A program made the translations under genes and the position numbers. A stretch of 64,000 nt of DNA from Octopus sinensis (Eukaryota). The notes under the pieces were generated by a model that was not told the origin of the DNA, did no database searches, and saw nothing but the letters and a program-made list of their open reading frames with translations. Below are positions 1 to 11,717 of this stretch, in pieces. The stretch spans positions 79,670,001 to 79,734,000 of the forward strand of contig NC_043001.1 in NCBI RefSeq assembly GCF_006345805.1. The letters run 5' to 3'. The stretch's first letter is position 1; every line of letters starts with the position of its first letter.

Positions 1-89
1 TATATATTATTTAAAGTAAAGTGTAAAAATTAGTAATGATTTTACCAAGAGGTTTGCACGGACATAAAAATCTTATAGGTGAATTTTAC

Positions 90-394
90 AAATATAATAA
101 TTATATACATAATTATAACAAGGGATTGGCTACAAGCTTCTCCACGCTCTAGAAATAGACACCAAAACACTAATATCACCTTTAAAATTCCAAAAAATAA
201 AACACGGGCTGTAATAGAGCAAAATATTGATAATGAGTTAAATTTCATTATCTTTCGTTTGCTCGACTACAGCCCGTGTTTTATTTCTTGGGAGTTTTTA
301 TGGTGATATTAGCGTATTTTGGTGTCTATTTCTAGCGCGCTGAGGGGCCTTTAGTCAATCCCTTGTTATAATTATGTATATAATTATAATATTT
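90..394. mobile_element. Foldback/palindromic MITE-like element (~150 bp arms, almost no spacer)
   Basis: 91-130 AATATAATAATTATATACATAATTATAACAAGGGATTGGC is the reverse complement of 354-393 with few mismatches. Pairing continues inward (CTAGAAATAGACACCAAAA/TTTTGGTGTCTATTTCTAG; AAATAAAACACGGGCTGTA/TACAGCCCGTGTTTTATTT) to the apex GATAATGA..TCATTATC near 240. Confidence 0.8.
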
Positions 395-1451
395 ATACAT
401 ACATATATGTATGTATACATGTATGTGTATGTATGTATACACATAGACACCACACACGCACACAGACACACACACACACACACACCACACACACATAGAT
501 CACACGCTTCCACAAAGTTTCTGACAGCCCAATTCAATCATAACGCATTGGTTGATCGAGGTTTGCAATAGGATGCATTTGCACATATTAGTACACATAT
601 GAGCACACAAATATCTATCGAGTCTCTTGGTGGTGTTGTTTGTGTAACTATCATACGTACCAAAAACATCGACGGATTTATTATAAATGCATGAAATAGC
701 AGCTAATTTTCCCTCAAAACACATAGGAAATATAGATGCACGAGTATAAGTGAAATGAGATGTTAGTGCTTGGTAGTCATTGATCATAGCTTATACGATG
801 ACCGTTAACACAGGGTTAACATTCAAAGACAGTAAATGATTGCCGTTGTTAAGGCTCTATTGCGTCCTTTCTTCTTTGGTCAATGTTAGTTATTTTAGCG
901 TAGGGAAAGCTATCAAATTGTCGAACGAACTAGAAATGTAATGGCGATTTTTTTAAGTATTTGGCAGTGAGTGGGTAAACAGACATCAAGAGAAATATAG
1001 AAAGAACAACACTAACAACATTAGTAGCAGCGGTGTTACTTACAATATCATAGTTACATTAGTGGTAAAAATTGAAAGACTGGGTTGTGCTGAATGAAAG
1101 TAAGGGCTGGTAGAATTGACAGTTATAATATTATTCACTTTTAAAAGAAAACGAAATGTGAAATATAAAAGAAGAAAAATATAATAAAGTTAAGTATTTA
1201 AGAAATAGACATCAAATGAAGAAAAATTCTGTTCAAAAACTAAATAACGTACAACTCAGCAGGGATCAGTGTTTTGTTAAGTTGATGGCCATTTTCAATA
1301 GAAATTATTGAGACGAGGAGGACACAAAATAAAAGCGAGGTATTAAAATAAGTGTACAACTGATAAATAGGAAAAAATAAAGCAATAGTAAATCTTGAAT
1401 AAAGAACAAGAAGTAAATAAAATCTTGTGAAATAAACATAACAATTTATTA

Positions 1452-1644
1452 CCGTATTTCCCGTCTTATAAGTCGATGTAGTATTTAGGTTAAATATGTA
1501 AAGTAAACATTCAAACATCGTCCTGTTATATTTCATACGCAATTTTTGGTCTCCCGACGTCGGCTTGGTGTACATGTCGACTTAAATTTTCCTTTGACTG
1601 AAATTTTCATCTGAAAAATTCAACTTGTGTGTCGGAAAATACGG
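1452..1644. mobile_element. Non-autonomous Tc2/pogo-like MITE
   Basis: TA-CCGTATTTCCCG..TATAAGTCGA at the left end and TCAACTTGTGTGTCGGAAAATACGG-TA at the right: TIRs with TA target duplication. Confidence 0.7.
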
Positions 1645-1944
1645 TAAAAGAATGATTTCTGATGGAAAAAGAGAAGGACAGACAGTGTAATGGTACTATG
1701 TTATATAAGCAACCGCGCTTCGCTTGTGATTTATTTCTACCGACTCAGAAAATGTGAAAGGCAAATACGCTCTGGGTGACATTGGATCACACAGCATAAG
1801 TGACAAAATGCGACAGGCTATTCGTCCCATGCTAAAGCGATTCTAAATGGAAACTCAAATGGGAAATAATAATAATAATAAAGCAAATGAGCTGCACTGA
1901 AGAGAAGAACCACCGTATACGTTAGTAATGTGTATAGGTATAAT

Positions 1945-2157
1945 CTCTTTACTATAGACACAAAGCCTGGAATTTGTGGGGAGGCGGATAGTCGGTCACA
2001 TCGGCCCCAGTACTTAACGGGTACTTAATTTATCGATTCCAAAAAGACGAAAATCAAAGCTGACTTCGGTGGAATTTGAACCCAGTATATAAAGACGGAC
2101 GAAATTATGCAAAATATTTTGCCCGGCGTGCTAACGATTCTGCCAGCTCGTCACCTT
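1945..2157 (-). mobile_element. Meta/MESC-core tRNA-derived SINE (family B, short tail) with TSD
   Basis: Matches other family-B copies (GAGCTGGCAGAATCGTTAGCACGCCGGGC head; core GTCGACTTTGCCTTTCATCCTTTCGGGGTCGATAAATTAAGTACC-like). TGTATAGGTATAAT is duplicated at 1931-1944 and 2159-2172. Confidence 0.85.
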
Positions 2158-2329
2158 ATGTATAGGTATAATGATCTAGATTGGTTGTTGTAAATTGCCT
2201 CCAGTAGAGAAAGAACTGGTTACCAACCAGAAACTACATTTGTGACACAACATTATATTTCTCATTGGAGCGGCGTGGACAATGTTGTCATCTTCACGGA
2301 TATCTGATGTTTTCTGTGGTGATCGGTTA

Positions 2330-2570
2330 AAGTGAAGAAGAGTTGCATCCGAAAACCTCACTCTTTCGTCTGTTATCATCGTCAATAGAGTGGCAGCTAT
2401 GTGTCAAGATATCTGAGGATGGAGATGGATGCAGTAAATGATCAAGATTTCTTATGTATCTTGTCTTGCTCTCCGTACTCCACAACGCGTTGCTGCAATC
2501 GATTATCACTCCATTGATCATCCAGCTTTCTCCAGCCATGTCCGGCGGAGCAAGTGTTCACATACATTAG
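2330..2570 (-). mobile_element. Decayed LINE 3' fragment (RTE/RTE-X-like C-terminus)
   Basis: Minus translation SAGHGWRKLDDQWSD resembles the RTE-X AGHCWRSKDELISD motif. Several frameshifts. Confidence 0.4.
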
Positions 2571-2586
2571 TATACATAAGAGTGGG

Positions 2587-3299
2587 TTCAGGCGTGGCTG
2601 TGTGGTAAGAACCTGGCTTCCCAGCCACGTGGTTCCGGGATCACACTCAGGGTGTGGCACCTTGGGCAGGTGCGTCGGGCCGAGTTAAACCTTGTGAGTA
2701 TGTTTGGTAGAGAGAAACTGAAAGAAGCCCAACGTATATATATATATGATTCGCTAAAAAATTGATGACGTTTTTCTTCCGTGGTCAAACTTGTCGTTCT
2801 GCTTGGCTGGTTTCCTAAACAGGATACAGTTGGGGGTATTTTCCTTATAATCGTTGAAGCTTGACTTTGATTGGTTTGGAATTATATGACGTCAGTGAAC
2901 AGAGTCAGAGACCACAGCTACTACAGCCACAACTTAACTGATATAAACCCAACAATCACTAGGTTACTAAAATTACGCTAACAATCGACAACCGAGAATC
3001 ACTACTATTGCTCCCATCGGAACACAAGGTAAAATCTATAATGAACTCCTGCACTACACTTGACAAAACAGTAAGGAACGACTTACACCTTATAATATAT
3101 TTTTCGACTTTTCAAGAACATGGATTCTATTGAATGTATATAGCATGGACTCTATTGAATGTATGAAACAATTATGAACTATTCCATTATGCACTTTATT
3201 ATAAAAACATTCTTTTTGATAAGATTCGTTATTTCAAGAACCGAATCATGTAAAAATTAAAATTTATCTAATATAGTGGCATTTTCAAACTTCTTTTTT

Positions 3300-3347
<48 letters not shown>

Positions 3348-3730
3348 TTGTATATGGTGTGTTGTGAATTTATGGAAAGAAATCCCATAACACACTATAT
3401 ACAAGTATTGTTTTCATATTCACAAATTTACACTAGTAAGCCACCAGCAAAATATGAAGAATCTATATTAGAAACCTGTTTTTGGGAACCTCCAAATTAA
3501 AGGACGAAGGTAATTCAATCTTGTTGCATATATATATATGTATATATATATAAGCATAATGTGATAATATGTATGTGTGTAAACATATGTGTGTATCTCT
3601 CTGTCTGATTTTGACCCCCACCTCCGCTTGACAACCGGTGTTGCTGTGATTACGTCCCAGCGGTTTGGTCAAAGGCACCGACAGAATAAGTACTAGGCTT
3701 AAAAATTAAGTCCTGTAGTCTGATAAAAGA
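2587..3730 (+). mobile_element. CORE-type octopus SINE (family A) split at its central (TA)n by ~0.8 kb of other DNA
   Basis: 5' half 2587-2750 (GGCGTGGCTGTGTGGTAAG..CACCTTGGGCAGG..GAAACTGAAAGAAGCCC). 3' half ~3570-3730 (CGCTTGACAACCGGTGTTG..AGAATAAGTACTAGGCTT). Confidence 0.7.
2980..3135 (+). mobile_element. Decayed LINE RT fragment (RTE-X-like)
   Basis: Degenerate matches to YRGITL..KIYN and F.DFSKAFDSI motifs (TTTTTCGACTTTTCAAGAACATGGATTCTATT). Confidence 0.3.
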
Positions 3731-4639
3731 GAAAATATTCAGATGCACAATACATACTTAAAGATGGATGCTCGTGTACGTGTGTGTGCGTTAGATTACT
3801 AATTACGAAACCTACTTACAAACACACAGATTCTATCTACCTAATTCATTGATTGATAGCGCAGTGGCAGGCTATTTTATTTTCCAAGGTGCAGCACAGT
3901 CAAACTGAACGCGTAATTATTTGGTGGAAAAGCATCCCCGTTAACCACACATCTACGGCTTAATGTACAGCTAAATCTTCATTTGGACTGATATAATATT
4001 TCTAACTTCACATCATATATATTTTCTCTCTTGTCAAAAGAGTTGCCAATGTAACCAGGTTAATATCACTATAGTGTTGACGGCCAATATTCATTCCAGT
4101 ACCCCAAACGTTGGTGTTAGCTCCGACACTACAAAAGTGTTGTGGAATATGCGCTAGAATGTAATGACTTGTTTATGAGATCAGATCTAAAGAATTATGT
4201 ATATGTAGGTATGAGCGAATGAATGAATGAATGAACGAACAGTCATGTACATATCAATATGCAAAGATAAGAAAATATATATGAACATGAATATATACAT
4301 CACCCACACATCCTAACACACCCACACACCACACCACACACCACCACACCACATCACACCACCCCACAGCATTCTACACATACTATCAATGACCACTTCT
4401 CGGCACCAACACCATCATCCACAAACCCACACATTATAGACACACACACTTACACACGCACACATCCACGTATCAAAATCGCTAACTACTATCCACACGA
4501 GTACATTTTCCCATACACACACGCGCGCACCTTCAATTTGGTATCACCAATACTTTATTATCTCCCCTTTTCCTAGTTCTCCTGTCCAACTACTTTTTCC
4601 AACCAGTCGCCATGATTGACCTGTAAATCCACTAGTTTT

Positions 4640-4800
4640 TGCTTTAATTCTCTCATTGAGTATATACTCGTGTCCATTTCTGTTGAAGTGCGTAGGCTCG
4701 AATGTAAAAGACTTTCACACCTTCCCAAACGTCAAACTAAAACACCAGCTTGTTCTTTATACACCTGACTTCGTCTTTTGTTTTTCTGTAAATTTAAGCT
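4640..4800 (+). mobile_element. Short Penelope-terminus-like repeat with a degenerate minimal hammerhead motif (copy 1)
   Basis: Homologous to 21180-21330. Motif CTGTTGAAGTGCGTAGGCTCGAATGTAAAAG at 4680-4710, ending in (TA)n. Confidence 0.55.
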
Positions 4801-4807
4801 ATATATG

Positions 4808-4878
<71 letters not shown>

Positions 4879-4879
4879 C

Positions 4880-4910
<31 letters not shown>

Positions 4911-5062
4911 GTGTGTGTGTGGTGTGTGTGTGTATGTGGGTATGCGTATGCTGAACATGCGACGTACGTCTTTTGAGTGCCTCTTCAAATACATGCACTT
5001 ACACATTATGTAGCAAAGTTTGTGTGAGCACGTATATATGTGTGTGTGAGTGTGAGTGTATA

Positions 5063-5756
5063 CAGGTTGACCCGTAAGTCCCTACCCATCCATTGCATTT
5101 GTATGCTGTCCATTACTCTCGCTGTATAATATTATGCGATGCCATGTTCTGTGAGACATTTCCCTCAACATGGCAAGGGTTATTGTTCCAAATGCCGCGG
5201 TTACAACTACTTTCAATTCATCATTGGAATGATAACGTTGTTTAGACACAATGTCCTTTATGCATCTTCAAAGTATGTTATTACATGTTGTCAAGTTTCG
5301 ACTTCTTGCAGGCCATGTCATAGGCACCGGGGGTGTTACAGAACCACGACCTATAAATTTGTCTGGAAAAAGGTAATCTCGCACTGTGAGGGCATAATGA
5401 ATTGGAGCCCCATCTTGTTGAGACCAAATCTCCTCTCTGATTCCAAGTTCATCGAGATTCGGTATAAAACATTGTCGTAACAGGTTTAGATATGAGGTAT
5501 GGTTTACTGGTCCGTCATAAAAGCATGGTCCAATAACATGACGCGCATTAAGTGTTGTCCATATCATGACATGCTGAGTGTTGTATTCAATTTCTTCATA
5601 AACATGAAGACTTTCCTTTGCCCAGAAGTTAATATTTCGTGCCCGATCGAACGGTAAATTGCGTACTCGTCCGTAAACATCACTTTTTCTCGAGGACGAA
5701 TCGTATTGAATAACATAATAATATATGGGACGGATAGGGAATCACGGGCCACCCTG
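5063..5756 (-). mobile_element. Internally deleted Tc1/mariner element, rosa/DD41D-like transposase relic
   Basis: TIRs CAGGTTGACCCGTAAGTCCCTACCCATCC and (rev) CAGGGTGGCCCGTGATTCCCTATCCGTCC, flanked by TA. Motifs VMFTDE, WSQQDGAPIH, FPDKFIGRG, WPARSRNLTTC. Confidence 0.9.
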
Positions 5757-5764
5757 TATATATT

Positions 5765-5789
5765 AGATAGATAATAGATAGATAGATAT

Positions 5790-5840
<51 letters not shown>

Positions 5841-6085
5841 CATACATACATACATACATACATACATACATACATACATACATACATAGATTGATAGGTA
5901 GATAGATAAATAGACAGATATGTTTCTTTATTACCCACAAGGGGCTAAATATACAGGGGACAAACAAGGACAGACAAACGAATTAAGTCGATTACATCGA
6001 CCCCAGTGCGTAACTGGTACTTAATTTATCGACCCCGAAAGGATGAAAGGCAAAGTCGACCTCAGCGGAATTTGAAGAGACAGAC

Positions 6086-6165
<80 letters not shown>

Positions 6166-6177
6166 GGACAGACAGAC

Positions 6178-6252
<75 letters not shown>

Positions 6253-6267
6253 TAGATAGATAGATAG

Positions 6268-6326
<59 letters not shown>

Positions 6327-6327
6327 T
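5765..6327. repeat. (GATA)n/(CATA)n arrays enclosing a family-B SINE 3' fragment (5921-6076, minus, long tail)
   Basis: Tetranucleotide arrays on both sides. The central segment matches the SINE B core and long tail (TTTCTTTATTACCCACAAGGGGCTAAA..GGATGAAAGGCAAAGTCGACCTC). Confidence 0.9.
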
Positions 6328-6825
6328 ATGGTAGGAGATATATGCGCACGCACATTCCTCGATATGTTTCATACGTATATGTTTAAATTTCTATGCATGC
6401 ACGGGTATATAATCCATATACATGCATGTATATATATACGCACACACACACATATACACATACACACATACACACAGACACATTTCTCACATTTATTTAT
6501 ATGTTTATATATACGTATATATATATATATATACATACATACGTACATATATATATATATATATATATACATATACATAACATACATATACAAACACACA
6601 CATGCACCTATACACTGTTTATGTGTATGTTTGTAAATAAGTAGATCATTAATCCGGTAAGATGGTTGCATGTGAAAATATCGATTCAATGTCGCCGAAC
6701 AATACTGCACACAAGCAAACAGAGGTAAGCTTAGGAAAGGTGTTGGTGCTTGGACCTGATTCATATAAAGATTGATGATGCACACTCAGGTATCCCATAT
6801 AACCAGATTCTGCATTAATTATACG

Positions 6826-6906
<81 letters not shown>

Positions 6907-6915
6907 ATATATATT

Positions 6916-6963
<48 letters not shown>

Positions 6964-7119
6964 TATGTTGATGCAAACAGGAACAATGGAGCTGAAAATA
7001 GGTGTATATATATATTAGTCTTAACATTCAAGCAAAAGTTACAGAGTGACTCAAGATCCGAGTGTTTCGTGTGTTGACGCTCAGATCCTGAGTCTCAGTT
7101 ACTCTGTGTTATGCGTTAA

Positions 7120-7510
7120 GGCTATGTGTTAAGGGGCTTGGTTCTGGTTTAAGTCGAAATGTGTGGCACCTTGGACAAGTGTCTTCTACTATGGCCTCAG
7201 GCTGACCAAAACCTCGTGAGTCGATTTGTTATTCGGAAACTGAAAGAAGCCCGCCATATATATATATGTGTGTGGGTAGGTGTCTTTGTGCCTGTGTCTG
7301 TTCCCCCATCACCACTTGGCAACCGGTGTTGATGTGTTTACGTACCCGTAGCTTAATGGCTCGGCAATAGAGTAATAGCGTTTCGGTGATAGAATAAGTA
7401 CTACCATTAAAAAATATGTCCCGTTGTCGATTTGTTCGACTAAAATTCTTCAAGGCAGTGTTCCAGCATGGCCGCAGTGAAATGAGTGAAACAAGTAACA
7501 GGAAAAAAGA
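7120..7510 (+). mobile_element. Family A SINE
   Basis: Collinear with other copies: GTGGCACCTTGGACAAGTGTCTTCTACTATGGCCTC..(TA/TG)n..CCAGCATGGCCGCAGT..GAAACAAGTAA. Confidence 0.85.
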
Positions 7511-7748
7511 ATATGTGTATTTGTGCGTGCGTGTGTTTGTATGAATGTAAATATATGAGCGTGTGTATGTTATGCACGTTCCTATAATTACATCTATAAA
7601 TAATAAAGATGGCTTGTTCGCAATTTAACAACGGAAAGGCAGAACCACAGACGTCACCAAATTGACGACTGGTAGTAATTAACACCAGTATTGCAAGAAA
7701 CAAGAGTCAAAACAACACTTAGCCTCAAGAATCCATTTACGTTATGAC

Positions 7749-7800
7749 CGACAAGATCACCAGTGATTTCGGACTTTATTTAATGCTCGTCAGTGATTCG
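7749..7800 (-). ncRNA. Type I hammerhead-like motif (core intact, helices I/II degenerate)
   Basis: Minus strand reads CTGACGA-GCATTAAATAAAGTCC-GAAA-TCACTGGTGA-TC, with a near-palindromic helix III and AUC cleavage triplet. Confidence 0.5.
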
Positions 7801-8377
7801 TACTCGACTGCCTGGCGTTATGCTAGCTCACCTTCTCAGTTTACAGGAGTTACCTTAGAAATCTCATGCTGCCTTCCTGGTTTCGTTCATTGATCGTTGA
7901 CAACGGTCATTTCAATGTACTGCCTGGAAGATTTATATTCGAGCAAACCCATTCTTTGTTTGTTCGCTTTGTTTTTCTTTTTAAATCTGCTACTTATTCA
8001 ATCAATCTCTTTCCTCTAACATGTAACTTATGCAAGCCTAGATAAAGCAGTGGTGTGGTTAACCTCCGACGCGTGCACACGTACACATACACACATGCAT
8101 ACAGAAATATGTGTAAATGTGTGTGTATAATGATAAGTTCCACCACAATTTCCTTCTACTAAATTCACTTGCAAGACATTAGTTGTCGCCCCTGGGCAAC
8201 TGTATCGTAGATTGTAGAAAATAACTTGCTCGTGCTATCACGCAGAAGGACTGACGATGAACGAAGCCAATTGATCTCATGTGATCACAAAGACACCACC
8301 TAATACTAATTCATGTGTCCTTGGTTTGAGAGCGTGATTTGAAGTATGTTTTACTACTATTACGAGTAAAAGAGAAA

Positions 8378-8640
8378 AGACCACCTCTAGTCATGAATGA
8401 CCATGGGATTGCATAGAAAGTTACCCTCCAAAGCATAAATTCGGACAAGGTTGTTTATGAAAGACCACTAGTCACCTATGCATACCAGCCTCCCCTCTTC
8501 ACGCCACCAATGTTATCCAAGAGAAAGGCAAATGACTATACAGTTTGCCACCAGTGACTGCACAACCCATTTCCACATCTGAGTGAAATGGAGCAACGAG
8601 AAATAAAGTGTCGTGCTAAAGAATACAATACACTGCTCTG
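8378..8640 (-). mobile_element. V-domain-type SINE fragment with RTE-like 3' tail
   Basis: Right part matches the body of the 9798-10001 SINE (TGAGTGAAATGGAGCAACGAGAAATAAAGTG). Left part CCAGCCTCCCCTCTTCACGCCACCAATGTTATCCAAG resembles RTE-clade terminal sequence (recognised from memory). Confidence 0.6.
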
Positions 8641-9797
8641 TAGGCCATGTGATTATACAGACGCTCCATCGTTGGCCCAACTTTCATTTTCTATTTTCAT
8701 GTTTTTGTAATTTTGTTGAAGCAAAATATGAAAACCTGTAGGATATTTAGTTGTATCGTTTTGTTTTCCGACTTCAAGTTTTGACTTTCCACTCCATCCT
8801 TTCGTGGCTCGTGATATAAATGCCAATTCTGAAATGTATTCCATAAAATCGACCACAGACCTTCCCAAAATGTTAATGGTTTTGTGCCAAATTCGACACT
8901 TATTATGTTTTTATTAATGAAGGTCACAGAAAATTATTTCCTTGGTTTCGCTTGCGTAACCACAACGCCAATTAATTTACTACAGTACTTCCATTAACTG
9001 CAGTTAATCATTGCAAAATAAAACATATTCCTGTCGGGAATATGGAGAAAGCATTACTCGTGACAGGTGCCAAACATTTCAAAATAACGGAGAAGATAAC
9101 GAAACGCTTGACATTTATTTAGTATTTCTGTGTTTTTATTGATAATGTAGTGGGAGCTGACGTCAAACTAACGATCTAGCATGGAATCTTTAGTGCAATG
9201 TACAAAAGCAGAGCATACTTCAAAACGTCACTGAAGGGATATCAATTGGTTATTCGCTAGCTGTTTGCTCAGAGTTTATGTTGGCGGCCAGGTGGGTTGC
9301 TTTGCAGTAAATATTCCGCCTCTTTATGCGCTGAGTTCTTATATTGCCAAGCTCAAATTTACATTTCATTATTTCGAGATGGATAAATGAAGTACCAGTT
9401 TTAAACTGAAGTCGATTCTTCTCTTTCTATTACTCTTTCTTTCCTTTACTTTGTCTCTTTTTCAGACATAATCGACTGCTCTCAGCAGGCCTGGAATAGG
9501 ACGGGCCTCCAAACATCTAGAAATGCTGAAGACACGCTGTTTGTCATGACAGCACACCTACGATGCCAAAGAGGTTGAGGGCATTAAGTAAAGCAAGGAA
9601 AGTCAAACGTCATAAAGGCTCAAACAAGTTGTCGCTAATTCCTAATATATCCTTAAAACAAGTTTTAAAGCATCTCTAACAGTCTCAGTTTACATCAGTT
9701 CAATAAATTCCTGTTGCTTATTTCTAATTAGCCATAAAAGGAGAAAACAGTTACTAGCAACCTGAAAAGGGAAGTGTTACCCTCATCACTAGAGTGT

Positions 9798-10001
9798 ACC
9801 TTCTCGAGCCATGGGTTCAGTGACGTAGAAATTCTCTACCTGGACGTCACAGGATTACTCATTTTTGCCAGCTAAGTGAACTGGAGCAACGTGAAATGAG
9901 GTGTTTTGCTCATGAACACAACGCATCGCCCAGTCCAGGAATCGAAACCACAACCTCACGATCATGAGTTCAACACCCTAACCACTAAGCCACGCGCCTC
10001 C
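9798..10001 (-). mobile_element. tRNA-derived V-domain-type SINE (family C) with TSD
   Basis: Head GGAGGCGCGTGGCTTAGTGGTTAGGG (A box), GTTTCGATTCC (B box). 3' end GGCTCGAGAAGG is shared with 28504-28807. TSD CATCACTAGAGTGT / CACCACTGGAGTGT. Confidence 0.85.
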
Positions 10002-10404
10002 ACCACTGGAGTGTCGATGGTGTCTATCCTATGTCTGCTTTTGCCTTGTGATTTTATTGAATTTATTTAGGCCCGTTAAAGGAATATGTTATGAACCTAC
10101 CGTAAACAGGTACGAAAATGACTGAGTCGCAACTGAACGCTGATATCAGCGATAGTACTGCAACCATCGTTATTACTGTTTTGTTGTTGCTGTGGCTGCT
10201 TTGTTGTTGTTGTTGCTGTTGATGTTTTTGATGACGACAGTGATGAGGAAGGTGATGACGACAACGATGACGACAACAATAGTGGTGTTGAGGTGGGGCG
10301 GAGTGGTTTTCGGGAGTGCTGGTGATTTTGGTGGTAGTAGTCATAATGATGGTGTTTGTGGTTCTACTCCTTCGGGAATCGAAGATGGAACATAAAAAAT
10401 ATTT

Positions 10405-10601
10405 GTTTCTAATTTTGGAAAAAGGCCAGCAATTTGAAGGGAAGGAGTTAGTCGATTACATCCACACTATTACTCAAATGGTACTTGTCTTATCGACCCC
10501 GACAGGATGAAACTCAAAGTCGACCTTAGTGAAATTTGAACTCAGAACATATGGCCCTAGGCATTTTCCCCGGAATGCAAGCATTCTGCCAGCTCACCGC
10601 C
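10405..10601 (-). mobile_element. Family B SINE
   Basis: Core TATCGACCCCGACAGGATGAAACTCAAAGTCGACCT and head TTCTGCCAGCTCACCGCC. Confidence 0.8.
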
Positions 10602-10632
10602 CTCTACCAAGACTAATATTAAGTTGAATGTA

Positions 10633-10842
10633 GGGGGCGAGCTGGCAGAATGGTTAGCACACCGGGCAAAATGCTGAACGGCATTACGTCTGTCTGCATA
10701 TTCTCGATACAAATTCCGCCGAGGTCGACTTTGCCTTTCATCCATTCGAGGGTCGATAAATTAAGTACTTGAACACTGGGGTCAATTTAATTCACTAGCT
10801 CCTTCGGCCGAAATTCCTAGTCTTGTACCAAAATTTGAAACC
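10633..10842 (+). mobile_element. Family B SINE with TSD
   Basis: GGCGAGCTGGCAGAATGGTTAGCAC head and intact core. AATATTAAGT(T/A)GAAT is duplicated at ~10615 and ~10843. Confidence 0.85.
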
Positions 10843-11519
10843 AATATTAAGTAGAATCATGTTTATGTCTTTGCTCGTCTTTCTTATTCTGACCGATCGG
10901 TGTTAGAAAGTTTGTTATGTTTCTCCTTCTTCAAGCCGTTTTTTATGTGTATACTATAATATTTATTCCTTCTTTTTTTACCAACTACTTTTCTCTGTTT
11001 GTTGTTAGCGCTTTTTGCTGACACTGTTTGGTACAATTGTATCAATATTTTGTCAAAGATTTGCAAGTATGCGTATCTCTTAAACATCGGTTTAGTGTCT
11101 TTCTTTTCTTATAAACAAGGAATCATGTCGGGTAAGCCCTGAAAACAGAACATGAAAAATATGAAAATGTTAAAAATGGTCAAGCACAGATTGTGTTTAG
11201 CCATTTAAGATAAATGAGCGGACACTGAAACGGTCAAACATAAAAATCTTTTTCTCACCACAGGTGGAGAGTGACCGATGAACTCATCACAATCTCGTTT
11301 ACAGAAATATACGCCAGAAAAGATATCTTTCAACAAATTAATGAAGTGGTTTCACAGGCTGATAGTAAAGTGTAATGCTACATATTTCTCAGACGCGCGT
11401 ATCAAAGCAGTCTGAGGGCAATATTCTTCTATCTTGTGGGAAATTGATCAGTGAGAATATAGAATGCAGATATGACTCAGAGTACATACATGAATAAAGA
11501 GGTAAAATTGTGACACATA

Positions 11520-11717
11520 TAAGGGGTGCTTAAAAGCTTTAGAGGTATCGTAGAAGGCCGAGCTGGAGGCCCAGCTTTCTGAGTTCTTTTACAGGGCTAA
11601 GAAAAACTGCAATAAGTATGTAAATCTAAGATAGGAATATGTTCAATAAAATCAAAATTAACTAATCATCCTGTATTTTCTTTTAGCGGAAACCAGAAAA
11701 TTTTCAGCGCTCCCTCG
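11520..11717 (+). mobile_element. Mariner-derived MITE retaining the transposase C-terminal tail
   Basis: TIR-like TAAGGGGTGCTTAAAAG and (rev) CGAGGGAGCGCTGAAAA with flanking TA. Internal CNKYVNLR*EYVQ* matches the mariner KCV..GEYVE* ending. Confidence 0.75.

Noticed and set aside
3119-3165. Short tandem duplication CATGGA(T/C)TCTATTGAATGTAT; also CAGCACGACATTG twice at 48022-48053
   Set aside because: Ordinary slippage duplications with no further structure.
5765-6327. Regular short repeats suggesting an array or CRISPR
   Set aside because: Simple GATA/CATA microsatellites with no repeat-spacer structure, in eukaryotic context.
2490-9485. Peptide IIDCS seen at both ~2500 (minus) and ~9470 (plus)
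   Set aside because: Five-residue coincidence. The first lies in an off-frame of a LINE relic.
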